From Oscillospiraceae bacterium (GTDB lineage Bacteria; Bacillota; Clostridia; Oscillospirales; Ruminococcaceae), in the NCBI GenBank assembly GCA_004556975.1, contig SFFD01000005.1, positions 2,429-66,428 on the forward strand: a stretch of 64,000 nucleotides of DNA, read 5' to 3'. A program made the position numbers and the translations under genes. Positions 54,860-64,000 of the stretch are shown here, piece by piece. The notes beneath the pieces were generated by a model that saw only the letters and a list, made by a program, of their open reading frames with translations, made no database searches and was not told the origin of the DNA. The number at the start of each line of letters is the position of its first letter. Positions within the stretch are counted from its first letter, which is position 1.

Positions 54860-56839
54860 ATGAAAAAAAACATGGACCTTCTTCAGGCGGCAATGATTGT
54901 GCTTATTGTGCTTTTGGCGGTTGTTACCGGAATGACGGCTTCATATGATATGAAGCTTTTCTGGGTTGAGCTTCCTTTTGCGCTGGCCGCGGTTGTTTTC
55001 GGCATAATTCGCATTGTTTTTGCAAGAAGGGATTCCCGAAAATTCCTTGAATATGTTGCAGGAAGGCTTGGCGCGGTACGCGGCAGCGGCCTTGTAAATT
55101 TTCCCATGGCGGTGGCGGTTGTTGACGGCAACGGCTGTTTTGTTTGGTGCAACGGTCTGTTTTATGATAATGTGGTGCACAGGGACGAGGTGCTGGGTCT
55201 TTCCGCAGACGCCGTCTTTGAAGGCTTTGATATGAAAAAAGCGCTTGCTCCGGAAGGCTGTATAGTTAAATATAAAGGCGGGTGCTATGCGGTATGCGCC
55301 GTACAGTCGGGCGACAACGCGCCGGAGCGGCTTTATGCGCTTTATTTTGTCGACCGCACGGAAGAACACCGCATTACCGCCCTTTATAATGAAACGCGGC
55401 CCGTGGTTATGAGCATTGTGCTCGATAATCTTGAGGATCTTTTCGCCAACTGCCGCGACAGCGAAAAAAGCAGAATTATGGGCGAGGTAGAGGATCTTTT
55501 TGAAAATTTCGCAGAAAAGAATCATGCCCTTATCAAGCGCTGCGAAAGCTCAAAATATATTGTTGTTCTTGAACAGAAATATCTTGAAAAAATGGAGGAA
55601 GAGCGCTTCTCCATTCTCGATAAGGCAAGAAAGATACTTACAAGCGAGGGACTTCCGGTAACCCTTTCCATCGGTGTTGCCGGCGGCGATTACAGCCTTA
55701 ACCGCCTTATGGAATTTTCCGGACAGGCGGTGGAAATGGCTCTTGGCCGCGGCGGCGACCAGGCGGCGGTTAAAGAAATCGGCGGATATGAGTTTTACGG
55801 CGGCTTTGCAAAGGGCGTAGAAAAGCGCACAAAGGTAAAAACCCGCGTTGTCGCGGCGGCGCTTTGCGACCTTATTGAATCAAGCGGAAACGTGCTTACC
55901 ATGGGTCACCGTTTCGGCGACCTTGACTGCATCGGCGCCGCCATAGCCATGGCGGAAGCCTGCCGCGATATGGATAAGGACGCCCATGTTGTGGTCAACA
56001 AATCCACCTGCCTTGCAAAACCGCTTATTGAAAAAACCGAGCAAAGCGGAGAAAGCGACCTTTTCATTTCTCCGGAGGCTGCCATGGAGCGGGTTACGGA
56101 AGATACGCTGCTTATAATTGTTGATACGCATGTTCAAAATATTCTTGAATCAAGAGAGCTTTACGCAAAGTGCCGGAACGTAGCGGTTATAGACCACCAC
56201 CGCCGCATGATGGGAAGCGTTGAAAACGCGGTGATTTTCTATCACGAGCCTTATGCCTCCTCCGCTTCCGAAATGGTGACGGAGCTGCTTCAGTATTTTG
56301 ATTCCCGCTGCAAGGTGACAAAGTCAGAAGCAGAAGCCCTTCTTTCGGGCATTATGCTTGATACAAAAAGCTTTACAATGCGGGCGGGCGTGCGCACCTT
56401 TGAAGCGGCGGCTTTTCTTAAAAAGCAGGGCGCGGATACGGTTCGCGTAAAGGAACTTTTTTCCGGCAGCCTTGAAAGCTATCGCCACCGTTCCGAAATC
56501 GTTTCAAGGGCAGAGGTTTACCGCGGCTGCGCCATAAGCTTTGCAAAGGCATATGACGACGTAAGCCTTGTCGCGCCGCAGGCGGCGGACGAACTTCTTA
56601 CAATAGAGGGTGTTGTTGCTTCGGTGGTTATGTTTAAAACCGCCTCCGGAGTGTCTTTCTCTGCAAGAAGCCTTGGCGGAATGAACGTTCAGATTATAAT
56701 GGAAACCCTTGGGGGCGGCGGGCACCAGACCATGGCCGGCGCCCAGATGCAGGACGTAACCCCGCAGGAAGCTGCCGTTGCCCTTAAAAACGCAATTGAC
56801 AAATATTTCGATGATGCCGAAGGGCACGCAGACCAGTAA
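54860..56839 (+). CDS. gdpP: GdpP/YybT-type DHH/DHHA1 cyclic-di-AMP phosphodiesterase
   Basis: Two N-terminal TM segments, a PAS-like domain and a degenerate GGDEF domain. DHH motifs (GHRFGDLDCIGA, IVDTH, VIDHHRR) and the DHHA1 motif GGGGH. It lies upstream of rplI, as in other Firmicutes. Confidence 0.9.
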   Translation: MKKNMDLLQAAMIVLIVLLAVVTGMTASYDMKLFWVELPFALAAVVFGIIRIVFARRDSRKFLEYVAGRLGAVRGSGLVNFPMAVAVVDGNGCFVWCNGLFYDNVVHRDEVLGLSADAVFEGFDMKKALAPEGCIVKYKGGCYAVCAVQSGDNAPERLYALYFVDRTEEHRITALYNETRPVVMSIVLDNLEDLFANCRDSEKSRIMGEVEDLFENFAEKNHALIKRCESSKYIVVLEQKYLEKMEEERFSILDKARKILTSEGLPVTLSIGVAGGDYSLNRLMEFSGQAVEMALGRGGDQAAVKEIGGYEFYGGFAKGVEKRTKVKTRVVAAALCDLIESSGNVLTMGHRFGDLDCIGAAIAMAEACRDMDKDAHVVVNKSTCLAKPLIEKTEQSGESDLFISPEAAMERVTEDTLLIIVDTHVQNILESRELYAKCRNVAVIDHHRRMMGSVENAVIFYHEPYASSASEMVTELLQYFDSRCKVTKSEAEALLSGIMLDTKSFTMRAGVRTFEAAAFLKKQGADTVRVKELFSGSLESYRHRSEIVSRAEVYRGCAISFAKAYDDVSLVAPQAADELLTIEGVVASVVMFKTASGVSFSARSLGGMNVQIIMETLGGGGHQTMAGAQMQDVTPQEAAVALKNAIDKYFDDAEGHADQ

Positions 56840-56928
56840 GAGCGCATTTTTTTAAAAGAACGCGTCGGGGGACGCGCATAAACAGCGATAATTCCCGTTA
56901 ACATATACCCCGAAAGGAGAAAAATATC

Positions 56929-57372
56929 ATGAAAGTAATATTGCTTGAGGACATTAAAGGAACAGGAAAAAAGGGAGAGCTTATCAACGCTTCCGACGGA
57001 TATGCAAGAAATTATCTTTTCCCCAAAAAGCTTGCGATGGAGGCTACGCCTCAGGCTCTTAACGAGCTTAAACAGAAAGAAGCGGCAAAGGAACGCCGCC
57101 TTGCCATTGAAAAACAGGAGGCTCTTGACGCCGCGGCAAAAATAAAGGAAAAAACGGTTAAGATTTCATCTGCGGCAGGACAGAACGGAAAGCTTTTCGG
57201 TTCTGTAACGGCTACGGATGTTGCAGAGGAGATAAAGAAGCAGTTCGGACTTGAGGTTGACAGAAGAAAAGTTTCTCTTGAAAGCGAAATCAAGTCCTTC
57301 GGCACTTATAATGCAGAGGTTAAGTTCGGAAGCGGCGTTTCCGCAAAAATCTACGTGCTTGTAGCGGAATAA
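56929..57372 (+). CDS. rplI: 50S ribosomal protein L9
   Basis: [36 protein letters not shown] is the canonical L9 N-terminus. Confidence 0.97.
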   Translation: MKVILLEDIKGTGKKGELINASDGYARNYLFPKKLAMEATPQALNELKQKEAAKERRLAIEKQEALDAAAKIKEKTVKISSAAGQNGKLFGSVTATDVAEEIKKQFGLEVDRRKVSLESEIKSFGTYNAEVKFGSGVSAKIYVLVAE

Positions 57373-57418
57373 ACGTCCGCATATAAACAAAAACGGCAAA
57401 AACATAGGAAGTGATTTT

Positions 57419-58768
57419 TTGGCAAAAGAGAATGATATGCTGCTTGGCATAGAGATGCCCTATAGCCTTGAGGCGGAGCAAAGCGTTCTTGGCGCCGTGC
57501 TTGTAGAGCCGGGCTGCCTTGCGGAGCTTGTGGAGCGTCTTCGCTCCGAAAGCTTTTATCGCCCACAGCACCGCGCCCTTTTTTCTGAAATGGTGCGTAT
57601 GTTTACCGCCGGCGAGCCGGTGGATTTTATCACCGTGCTTGAAGCCGCTAAGGAAGCAGAGATTTTTCCTTCCGAGCAGGAAGCAAAGGTATATCTTTCT
57701 CACCTTATGGAGATTGTTCCCTCCGTACGAAATCTTGCGGCCTATGTTGACATAATTCTTGATAAACAGCTTTTGCGAAGCCTTCTTGAAATTTCCGGCG
57801 AAATAATGTCGGAAGCGAGAGAAAGCGGAGCAGAAGGCAGGGTTCTTTTGGATGCTGCGGAGCAGCATATCTATGATTTGCGCCAAGGGCGCAGCGCCAC
57901 GGGGCTTGTTCCCATAAGTGACACAATTTTAACCGCTTATGACCGCATAAACAAGCTTGCCGGACCTGACAGAGAAAAATTCCTCGGAATAAAAACCGGA
58001 TACAGCGCCGTTGACAGAAAAATCGGCGGACTTAACAAGTCTGACCTTATACTTATTGCGGCCCGCCCCGGCATGGGCAAAACGAGCTTTGCCCTTAATA
58101 TTGCGGTGAATGTCGCTCTTAAAAAGCGCAGGGTCGCAATATTTTCCCTTGAAATGAGCAGTGAACAGATAACCTCAAGAATTCTTTCCTGTGAAGCTTT
58201 GGTTGAAAGCAACCGTCTGCGCTCCGGCTCGCTTGAGGAGGCGGACTGGGTAAAGCTTGTGCAGACCGCCCAGGTTTTAAGCGGCGCGCAGATATTCATA
58301 GACGATACGGCGGGCATCACGGTTTCTGAAATGAAGGCAAAGCTTCGCCGCCTGCGTGATGTCGACCTTGTAATCATTGACTATTTACAGCTTATGTCTT
58401 CCGGCAAACGCACGGATAACCGTGTGCAGGAGGTTTCTGAAATGACCCGTAACCTTAAGCTTATGGCAAGGGAGCTTGACGTTCCCGTGGTCGTTCTTTC
58501 CCAGCTTTCCCGCGCGACCGAAAGCCGCACCGGCCACCGCCCGATGCTTTCGGACCTTCGTGAATCCGGCTCCATTGAGCAGGATGCCGACATTGTAATG
58601 TTCCTTTACCGCGAATCGTATTATCAGCTTCAGGAGGGTGCTCCCGCGCCGGAACAGGACACCGTTGAGTGCATTGTTTCCAAGAACCGCCACGGAGAAA
58701 CCGGCACGGCCGTGCTTCTTTGGGACGGATGCCACACCAAGTTCTATACCATTGAGGAAGACAGATGA
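57419..58768 (+). CDS. dnaB: Replicative DNA helicase (DnaB family; DnaC in B. subtilis nomenclature)
   Basis: PYSLEAEQSVLGAVL, ARPGMGKTSFALN (Walker A), IIDYLQLM and SQLSR motifs. The TTG start is preceded by AGGAAG. Confidence 0.93.
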   Translation: MAKENDMLLGIEMPYSLEAEQSVLGAVLVEPGCLAELVERLRSESFYRPQHRALFSEMVRMFTAGEPVDFITVLEAAKEAEIFPSEQEAKVYLSHLMEIVPSVRNLAAYVDIILDKQLLRSLLEISGEIMSEARESGAEGRVLLDAAEQHIYDLRQGRSATGLVPISDTILTAYDRINKLAGPDREKFLGIKTGYSAVDRKIGGLNKSDLILIAARPGMGKTSFALNIAVNVALKKRRVAIFSLEMSSEQITSRILSCEALVESNRLRSGSLEEADWVKLVQTAQVLSGAQIFIDDTAGITVSEMKAKLRRLRDVDLVIIDYLQLMSSGKRTDNRVQEVSEMTRNLKLMARELDVPVVVLSQLSRATESRTGHRPMLSDLRESGSIEQDADIVMFLYRESYYQLQEGAPAPEQDTVECIVSKNRHGETGTAVLLWDGCHTKFYTIEEDR

Positions 58769-60171
58769 GCACGGAAGTAAACGGCGCAGGCACGCAAAGG
58801 TCTTTGCTTTTGCTTGAATTGCGGGCAAAGGAATTTATCGAAAAGGAGCATATGCTCAAAAAAGGAGATTTTGTGGTTGCCGCCGTTTCCGGCGGGTGCG
58901 ATTCCACGGCGCTTTTGCATATTCTCTGCGCTTTGAGCACCGAGCTTGATCTTCATATTATGTGCGCCCATGTGAACCACAACTTAAGGGGAAAAGAAAG
59001 CGACGGGGACGAAAGCTTTGTGCTCAAAATGTGCAAAAATCTCGGCGTGCCGTGCAGGGTTCTTTCTGCACCGGTTGCGGAATATGCCGCCGAGCACCGC
59101 TTGAGCACAGAAGAAGCCGGAAGGCAGATTCGCTATGATTTTTTTGAGCACTGCGCCGAAAAATTCGGTGAAAACGCAAAAATAGCTACCGCGCACAGTC
59201 TTTCGGACTGTGCCGAAACTTTTATTTTCAACGCCGCAAGGGGTACCGGTCTTTCGGGACTTTGCGGAATTCCCAAAAAGCGAAAAAATATAATCCGACC
59301 GCTTATAGGCTTTACAAGGGCGGAACTTGAGGAGTATTGCGCGCAAAAGGGCGTCTGCTTTGTGACCGACAGCACAAATCTGACCGATGAATACGCCCGC
59401 AACAAAATCCGCCACAATGTAATTCCTACTCTGAGGGAGATAAATCCCGCTTTTGAGCGTTCGCTTTTTCATATAGAAAATTTACTTGCGGAAGCGCGCG
59501 ACTTTATAAGCGATTCCGCAAAAACCGCCCTTGCCCAAGCAAGACTCGGCGGGGGATACAGCGCCAAGGCGCTTGCGGCGCTTCCCAATGCGGTGAAAAG
59601 CGCTGCCGCCGTGCTGATTTTTGAAGAATTCGGCTTTGCCGCAGATTATAACCGTGTGCGAAGCCTTTGCGAAGGCTTTTCGGGCGGCGATTTTCAGTGG
59701 GAGCTTGCAAAAAATGAATATCTTTGCAAAAAAGACGGTTCAATTTTCAAAAGAGTAAAGCTGCCGGATGCGGAAAAAATGAATGAAACACCTTTTGCGG
59801 AGGGCAGAATTACACTTTCAAACGGCGAAAATCTTTTAATAGAGCTTTTGCCGCATGAATTATTCAAAAATTCATATAAATTTAAAAAATATTCATTAAA
59901 AGACGCCTTTGATTATGATACAATACAAAACGTGGCGTTTTTTCGTTCCCGAAAAGAGGGCGACAAAGCCGACATTCACGGCGGAACAAAAACCCTTAAA
60001 AAGCTTTTTAATGAAGCAAAAATTCCACCGCATCTAAGAGACGGCGTTGCTGTTTTGGCGGATGACGCCGGCGTTCTTTGGATAGAAGGCCTTGGAGCGG
60101 CGCGCCGCGGCCGCATTACAGAAAAAACAAAAACCGTTGCGGTGGTAAAAAGGGAATCTTTACAGACATAA
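58765..60171 (+). CDS. tilS: tRNA(Ile)-lysidine synthetase
   Basis: PP-loop AAVSGGCDSTALL and a C-terminal TilS domain. ATGA overlap with dnaB. Confidence 0.92.
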   Translation: MSTEVNGAGTQRSLLLLELRAKEFIEKEHMLKKGDFVVAAVSGGCDSTALLHILCALSTELDLHIMCAHVNHNLRGKESDGDESFVLKMCKNLGVPCRVLSAPVAEYAAEHRLSTEEAGRQIRYDFFEHCAEKFGENAKIATAHSLSDCAETFIFNAARGTGLSGLCGIPKKRKNIIRPLIGFTRAELEEYCAQKGVCFVTDSTNLTDEYARNKIRHNVIPTLREINPAFERSLFHIENLLAEARDFISDSAKTALAQARLGGGYSAKALAALPNAVKSAAAVLIFEEFGFAADYNRVRSLCEGFSGGDFQWELAKNEYLCKKDGSIFKRVKLPDAEKMNETPFAEGRITLSNGENLLIELLPHELFKNSYKFKKYSLKDAFDYDTIQNVAFFRSRKEGDKADIHGGTKTLKKLFNEAKIPPHLRDGVAVLADDAGVLWIEGLGAARRGRITEKTKTVAVVKRESLQT

Positions 60172-60262
60172 CCGATGAAGGCTTTTTAATTATGTTATCT
60201 CATATTCTTATATGATATAAATAAAGAAAAACAAAGATTTTTATGCGGAGGAACTTTGTAAA

Positions 60263-60814
60263 ATGAAGTACAACATGAAGGATGACATTGAGGAAATTCT
60301 GCTTTCCGAAAAAGACCTGCAGAAAGCCGTAAAGAAGCTCGGCAAACAGATAAGCGCCGATTATGAAGGAAAAAACCTTATGCTTGTTGCAGTGCTTAAA
60401 GGTTCGGTAATTTTTATGGCAGATCTTATGCGCGCAATCACCGTTCCGATTTCCATTGACTTTATGTCCGTTTCAAGCTATGGCGGCGGAGTAAAAAGCT
60501 CCGGTGTTGTCAAAATTATAAAGGATCTTGACAATGATATTTCCGGCTATGACGTGCTTATTGTGGAAGACATTCTTGATTCGGGACTTACTCTTTCATA
60601 TCTTACCAATGTGCTTCGCCAAAGAAAGGTGAACTCAATAAAAATCGCAACCCTGCTTGATAAGCCGGAACGCCGCCAGGTTGACATAAAGCCGGACTAT
60701 GCCTGCTTTGTGGTGCCGGATAAATTTGTTGTGGGCTACGGTCTTGATTATGACCAGAAATACCGCAACCTTCCCTATGTAGGCGTCGTAAAGCCGGAAG
60801 TCTATACAAAATAA
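60263..60814 (+). CDS. hpt: Hypoxanthine phosphoribosyltransferase
   Basis: PRPP motif VLIVEDILDSGLTL. Part of the tilS-hpt-ftsH synteny. Confidence 0.95.
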   Translation: MKYNMKDDIEEILLSEKDLQKAVKKLGKQISADYEGKNLMLVAVLKGSVIFMADLMRAITVPISIDFMSVSSYGGGVKSSGVVKIIKDLDNDISGYDVLIVEDILDSGLTLSYLTNVLRQRKVNSIKIATLLDKPERRQVDIKPDYACFVVPDKFVVGYGLDYDQKYRNLPYVGVVKPEVYTK

Positions 60815-60922
60815 GCTGTAAAAAAGCGCCGCTTTTCTTTTTGTGAAGCGCGCCGTTTGGCGCACCCGCGCAAAAAAGCGGTGAAAAAATATTCGCAAAT
60901 TCATTTTTTCGGAGTTGATTTC

Positions 60923-62824
60923 TTGAACAAGAACAAAAAAACCATAAGCATAGTTTCATACATTGTCGGAATTGTTCTGCTTTTGTTTTTAACCTCGCTT
61001 CTGTTAGATATGAGCAAAGAGGAGGTCACCAAACTCAAGTATTACGAAGTTCTTGAAATGTTTGAAAACGACCAAATCGAAAGCTATACCCTCGATTTGG
61101 GAACAGGCGCTCTTGAAGCGCAGGTAAAAGACCAAAAAGAAAAGCTAAACTATACCGTGCCCAATGTCAGCGTGTTCCTTGATGATGTGGACAGAATTCT
61201 TGAAGCAAAGGGCGAAAGCGCCGCCGCGCTTAAGCCGGACTATCTGCCGATAAAGCAGACGCCCTGGTGGGTTTCAATGCTTCCGACGCTGCTGTTTATC
61301 GGCGCAATGGTGGTGTTCTGGTTCTTCATGATGCGCCAGAACGGAGGCGCGGGAAGCGCCATGACCTTCGGAAAGGCAAATTACCGCACCGGCAAGAACG
61401 AAAAGCCCACAACCTTTGCGGATGTTGCGGGCTGTAAGGAAGAAAAAGAGGAACTGGAGGAAATCGTAGATTTCCTTAAGCACCCGAATCAGTTTAACGC
61501 CCTCGGCGCAAGAATACCAAAGGGCGTGCTTCTTGTGGGTCAGCCCGGTACCGGTAAAACCCTTCTTGCAAGGGCGGTTGCCGGTGAAGCGGGCGTACCT
61601 TTCTTTTCGATTTCGGGTTCCGACTTTGTTGAAATGTTTGTCGGCGTCGGCGCTTCGCGCGTGCGCGACCTTTTCGGCGAAGCCAAAAAGAATGCTCCTT
61701 CAATAGTTTTCATTGACGAAATCGACGCAGTGGGCCGCCACCGCGGCGCGGGTCTCGGCGGCGGTCATGACGAACGCGAGCAGACCCTCAACCAGCTGCT
61801 TGTTGAAATGGACGGCTTTGGCAACAACACCGGCATCATCGTAATGGCGGCCACCAACCGCCCGGATATTCTTGACCCCGCTCTTCTTCGTCCCGGCCGT
61901 TTCGACCGCCAGATTACCATCGGCGCGCCGGATATTGAGGGTCGCGAAGCTATTCTTAAAATTCATACGAAGAATAAACCCCTCGCTCCCGATGTTGACC
62001 TTTCCGTAATTGCAAAATCCACGGCGGGCTTTACCGGCGCGGAGCTTGAGAACCTTGTGAACGAAGCCGCGCTTTTGGCGGCACGCCGCAAAAAGCGCGC
62101 CATCACCATGGCTGAAATTGAAGAGGCAACCATAAAGGTCGTTGCAGGACCCGAAAAGCGTTCTCACAAAACAAGCGAAAAAGACCGCCGCCTTACTTCC
62201 TATCACGAAGCGGGTCACGCGGTGGTAACATATTTCTGCCCCACTCAGGACCCGGTTCACGAGATTTCCACCATTCCGCGCGGCTATGCCGGCGGCTATA
62301 CCATGAGCCTTCCCAGCGAGGACAGAAACTATGTGACGAAGCATTTTCTTGAAGAGGAGCTTTGCACTCTTCTCGGCGGGCGCGTTGCGGAAAAAATCGT
62401 TCTCGGCGATATTTCCACCGGCGCTTCCAACGATATTGAACGCGCCACCACCATTGCCCGCAATATGGTAATGCGCTACGGTTTCAGCGAAAAGCTCGGC
62501 CCCATGGTTTACGGAAGCGATGAAAACGAAATTTTCCTCGGCAGGGATATTTCTCAGGGCAGACATTATTCCGACGAGGTTGCTTCCGACATTGACGCGG
62601 AAATTCGTTTGTTCATAGACAACGCATATGACCGCGCCGAAGCGATTCTTACCGAACACCGCGACAAGCTTGAAGCGGTTGCGCAGGTGCTTCTTGAAAA
62701 AGAGAAGGTTACCGGCGACGAATTTGCCCGCATAATGTCCGGCAAAGTCGAAGAAAAAGCGGAGGAATCCGCACAAGCTTCCGATGATGCAAAAGAAAAC
62801 GGCGAGGAAAACTCCGCCGAATAA
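60923..62824 (+). CDS. ftsH: ATP-dependent zinc metalloprotease FtsH
   Basis: AAA+ Walker [12 protein letters not shown], Walker [13 protein letters not shown] region, zinc motif HEAGHAV. The start is uncertain; I prefer the TTG at 60923 over the track start at 60857. Confidence 0.93.
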   Translation: MNKNKKTISIVSYIVGIVLLLFLTSLLLDMSKEEVTKLKYYEVLEMFENDQIESYTLDLGTGALEAQVKDQKEKLNYTVPNVSVFLDDVDRILEAKGESAAALKPDYLPIKQTPWWVSMLPTLLFIGAMVVFWFFMMRQNGGAGSAMTFGKANYRTGKNEKPTTFADVAGCKEEKEELEEIVDFLKHPNQFNALGARIPKGVLLVGQPGTGKTLLARAVAGEAGVPFFSISGSDFVEMFVGVGASRVRDLFGEAKKNAPSIVFIDEIDAVGRHRGAGLGGGHDEREQTLNQLLVEMDGFGNNTGIIVMAATNRPDILDPALLRPGRFDRQITIGAPDIEGREAILKIHTKNKPLAPDVDLSVIAKSTAGFTGAELENLVNEAALLAARRKKRAITMAEIEEATIKVVAGPEKRSHKTSEKDRRLTSYHEAGHAVVTYFCPTQDPVHEISTIPRGYAGGYTMSLPSEDRNYVTKHFLEEELCTLLGGRVAEKIVLGDISTGASNDIERATTIARNMVMRYGFSEKLGPMVYGSDENEIFLGRDISQGRHYSDEVASDIDAEIRLFIDNAYDRAEAILTEHRDKLEAVAQVLLEKEKVTGDEFARIMSGKVEEKAEESAQASDDAKENGEENSAE

Positions 62825-62827
62825 AAT

Positions 62828-62857
62828 AAAAAAAGCCGCCGTACGGCGGCTTTTTTT
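62828..62857. terminator. Bidirectional terminator (A7-GCCGCC-GTAC-GGCGGC-T7)
   Basis: Palindrome between the convergent ftsH gene and the last gene in the window. Confidence 0.9.
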
Positions 62858-62893
62858 ATTTTGTTTTCATTTAATGCCGCGCACGGCCTGCAA

Positions 62894-64000
62894 TTACAGC
62901 TTATATTCGGCAGCGTTAATCATTTTGGTATCCTTAAGTTCGCCAAAAGCGCTGCCTACCACGCCCAATATGCCTTTAATGCCTTCGCCTTCCTGGGTGG
63001 ATATGTTTGCCACGTCTTCGCATACAAGAGAAAGCGCGCTTTCCTGCTCCTCACAGCATGAAACATTGGCGCAATCCTCTATGGAAAGCCGCTCTGCAAT
63101 AAGCTCCGGGGTAACGTCTTTTGCAATTTTAACGGTTACGCAGTCGGTAACAAAAATTCCTTCCGGGTGTGCTTCCAACAGATATTTGTCGATTTTTACG
63201 CTGATTTTGTCGGTAATCTTCGCCGCCTTTCTGTCTTTTACCACTGAAACATCGTCGCAATGCGCCTTAAGGGAATAGAAGGCCTGCTGCAAAGATTCGG
63301 CTAACGAAACCTTGCCGTCCACGTAAAGATACTCAAGCTTTGAAAGCGCATCGGCGCTTTCGGCAGAAATTTCAAGGTTGTCTGCCACGAAAAGCTTTGT
63401 GCCAAAGCGCATTACTGCGGCGTCGTTAAGCTCCAGGCTTTTGTCAACAAAGGCAGTTTTGTCGGGAACTATAATTATGTCGCAGCTTTCGTTCAGCATA
63501 GGAACTATGCCTTCGGCAAGAGATTCGGCAACGACGGCGCTTTTGGCAAAAAAGGCGGTTCCTTTTGCGGAAAGAGCGGCAGACTCAATTTCGGAATCCA
63601 CAAAAATAAAACGGTTGCTCCAATAAGTGGCGGGCTTTGCCCGAAGCACAAAAAGCTTGTCGACAACAAAGTTGTTTTTCAGGATGATTGCTCCGGTCGG
63701 ATATGTTTCGATTTTTCCGTTGACAGAAATTGCGCCCATGCTTGTGTCAATACTGTCCGGGCAAAGCATTTTTCCGTTTACTATAATGTGAGAGTATTTT
63801 TTAAGATTGTTTTCTCCGCCGGAAAGAACGGTTACCTTTCCGTTTATCACAAGAACCGTGCCTTCGGAAACAACGGTATCCGCCCCTATTTCAAGCTTGC
63901 CGTTCACCACCTGAAGCGGAGCTTTTTCAGGTACGCTTATTGTATCCGAAGAGTTTATATTTACGGGATATTGGGCAAGAAGCTCTTCACTTTCAGGCGT
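62894..64000 (-). CDS. Uncharacterised protein, 5' end beyond the window
   Basis: The frame stays open from 63910 to nt 64000, so the GTG listed in the track is probably internal. The sequence contains repeated (V/I)NGK(x) beta-strand-like motifs. No family recognised. Confidence 0.6.
   Translation of the reverse strand, partial: TPESEELLAQYPVNINSSDTISVPEKAPLQVVNGKLEIGADTVVSEGTVLVINGKVTVLSGGENNLKKYSHIIVNGKMLCPDSIDTSMGAISVNGKIETYPTGAIILKNNFVVDKLFVLRAKPATYWSNRFIFVDSEIESAALSAKGTAFFAKSAVVAESLAEGIVPMLNESCDIIIVPDKTAFVDKSLELNDAAVMRFGTKLFVADNLEISAESADALSKLEYLYVDGKVSLAESLQQAFYSLKAHCDDVSVVKDRKAAKITDKISVKIDKYLLEAHPEGIFVTDCVTVKIAKDVTPELIAERLSIEDCANVSCCEEQESALSLVCEDVANISTQEGEGIKGILGVVGSAFGELKDTKMINAAEYKL

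Overview
This 64-kb window looks like a core chromosomal segment of a spore-forming Firmicute. I infer class Clostridia, probably Oscillospiraceae/Ruminococcaceae-like, from spoIIID and from classic Firmicute synteny: gdpP-rplI-dnaB, tilS-hpt-ftsH, DUF1934-argS and ddl-murI. I support about 55 protein-coding genes. I found no rRNA or tRNA genes, no CRISPR array, and no transposase, integrase, phage or recognisable defence genes. Gene content, in order: the tail of a sugar ABC importer co-transcribed with an HlyD-like adaptor; an rlmA/TSCPD/DUF1294 cluster; brnQ; a 9-gene aromatic amino-acid operon on the minus strand (DAHP synthase, tyrA, aroA, aroQ, an aroE-aroK fusion, aroC, aroB, pheA, aminotransferase); TetR plus a cation/proton antiporter; a Ser-rich surface protein; a GNAT-YoaP protein; a PF04392-type ABC importer; a phosphatase and tyrosine-kinase operon with no glycosyltransferases; an ABC-F ATPase; pyrG, purB, purA, glmS; argS, murI, ddl; an extended psuG; spoIIID; a GT2 synthase; tmk; then gdpP through ftsH. 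Items most worth follow-up: (1) A 42-codon Tyr/Phe-rich leader ORF plus an intrinsic terminator lies upstream of the PF04392 ABC importer. The ORF is too short to appear in the ORF track. (2) The 8-mer TTGAGCAC occurs at least 33 times where about 2 are expected. It appears in several reading frames, and inverted pairs of its TGAGCAC core form terminator hairpins. (3) A six-gene operon encodes a CpsB-type phosphatase, two fused Wzz/BY-kinases with very long Gly-Tyr tails, an ABC exporter and a repeat-bearing membrane protein, but no polysaccharide synthesis genes. (4) PsuG is fused to a 370-aa NPY/Q-rich and acidic extension with a Cys/His terminus. (5) The ABC-F gene has a leader with a 3-codon uORF and a terminator/antiterminator pair. 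(6) A hairpin-dense noncoding region of about 650 nt lies at 4.7-5.4 kb. All counts and pairings were done by eye and need computational confirmation.
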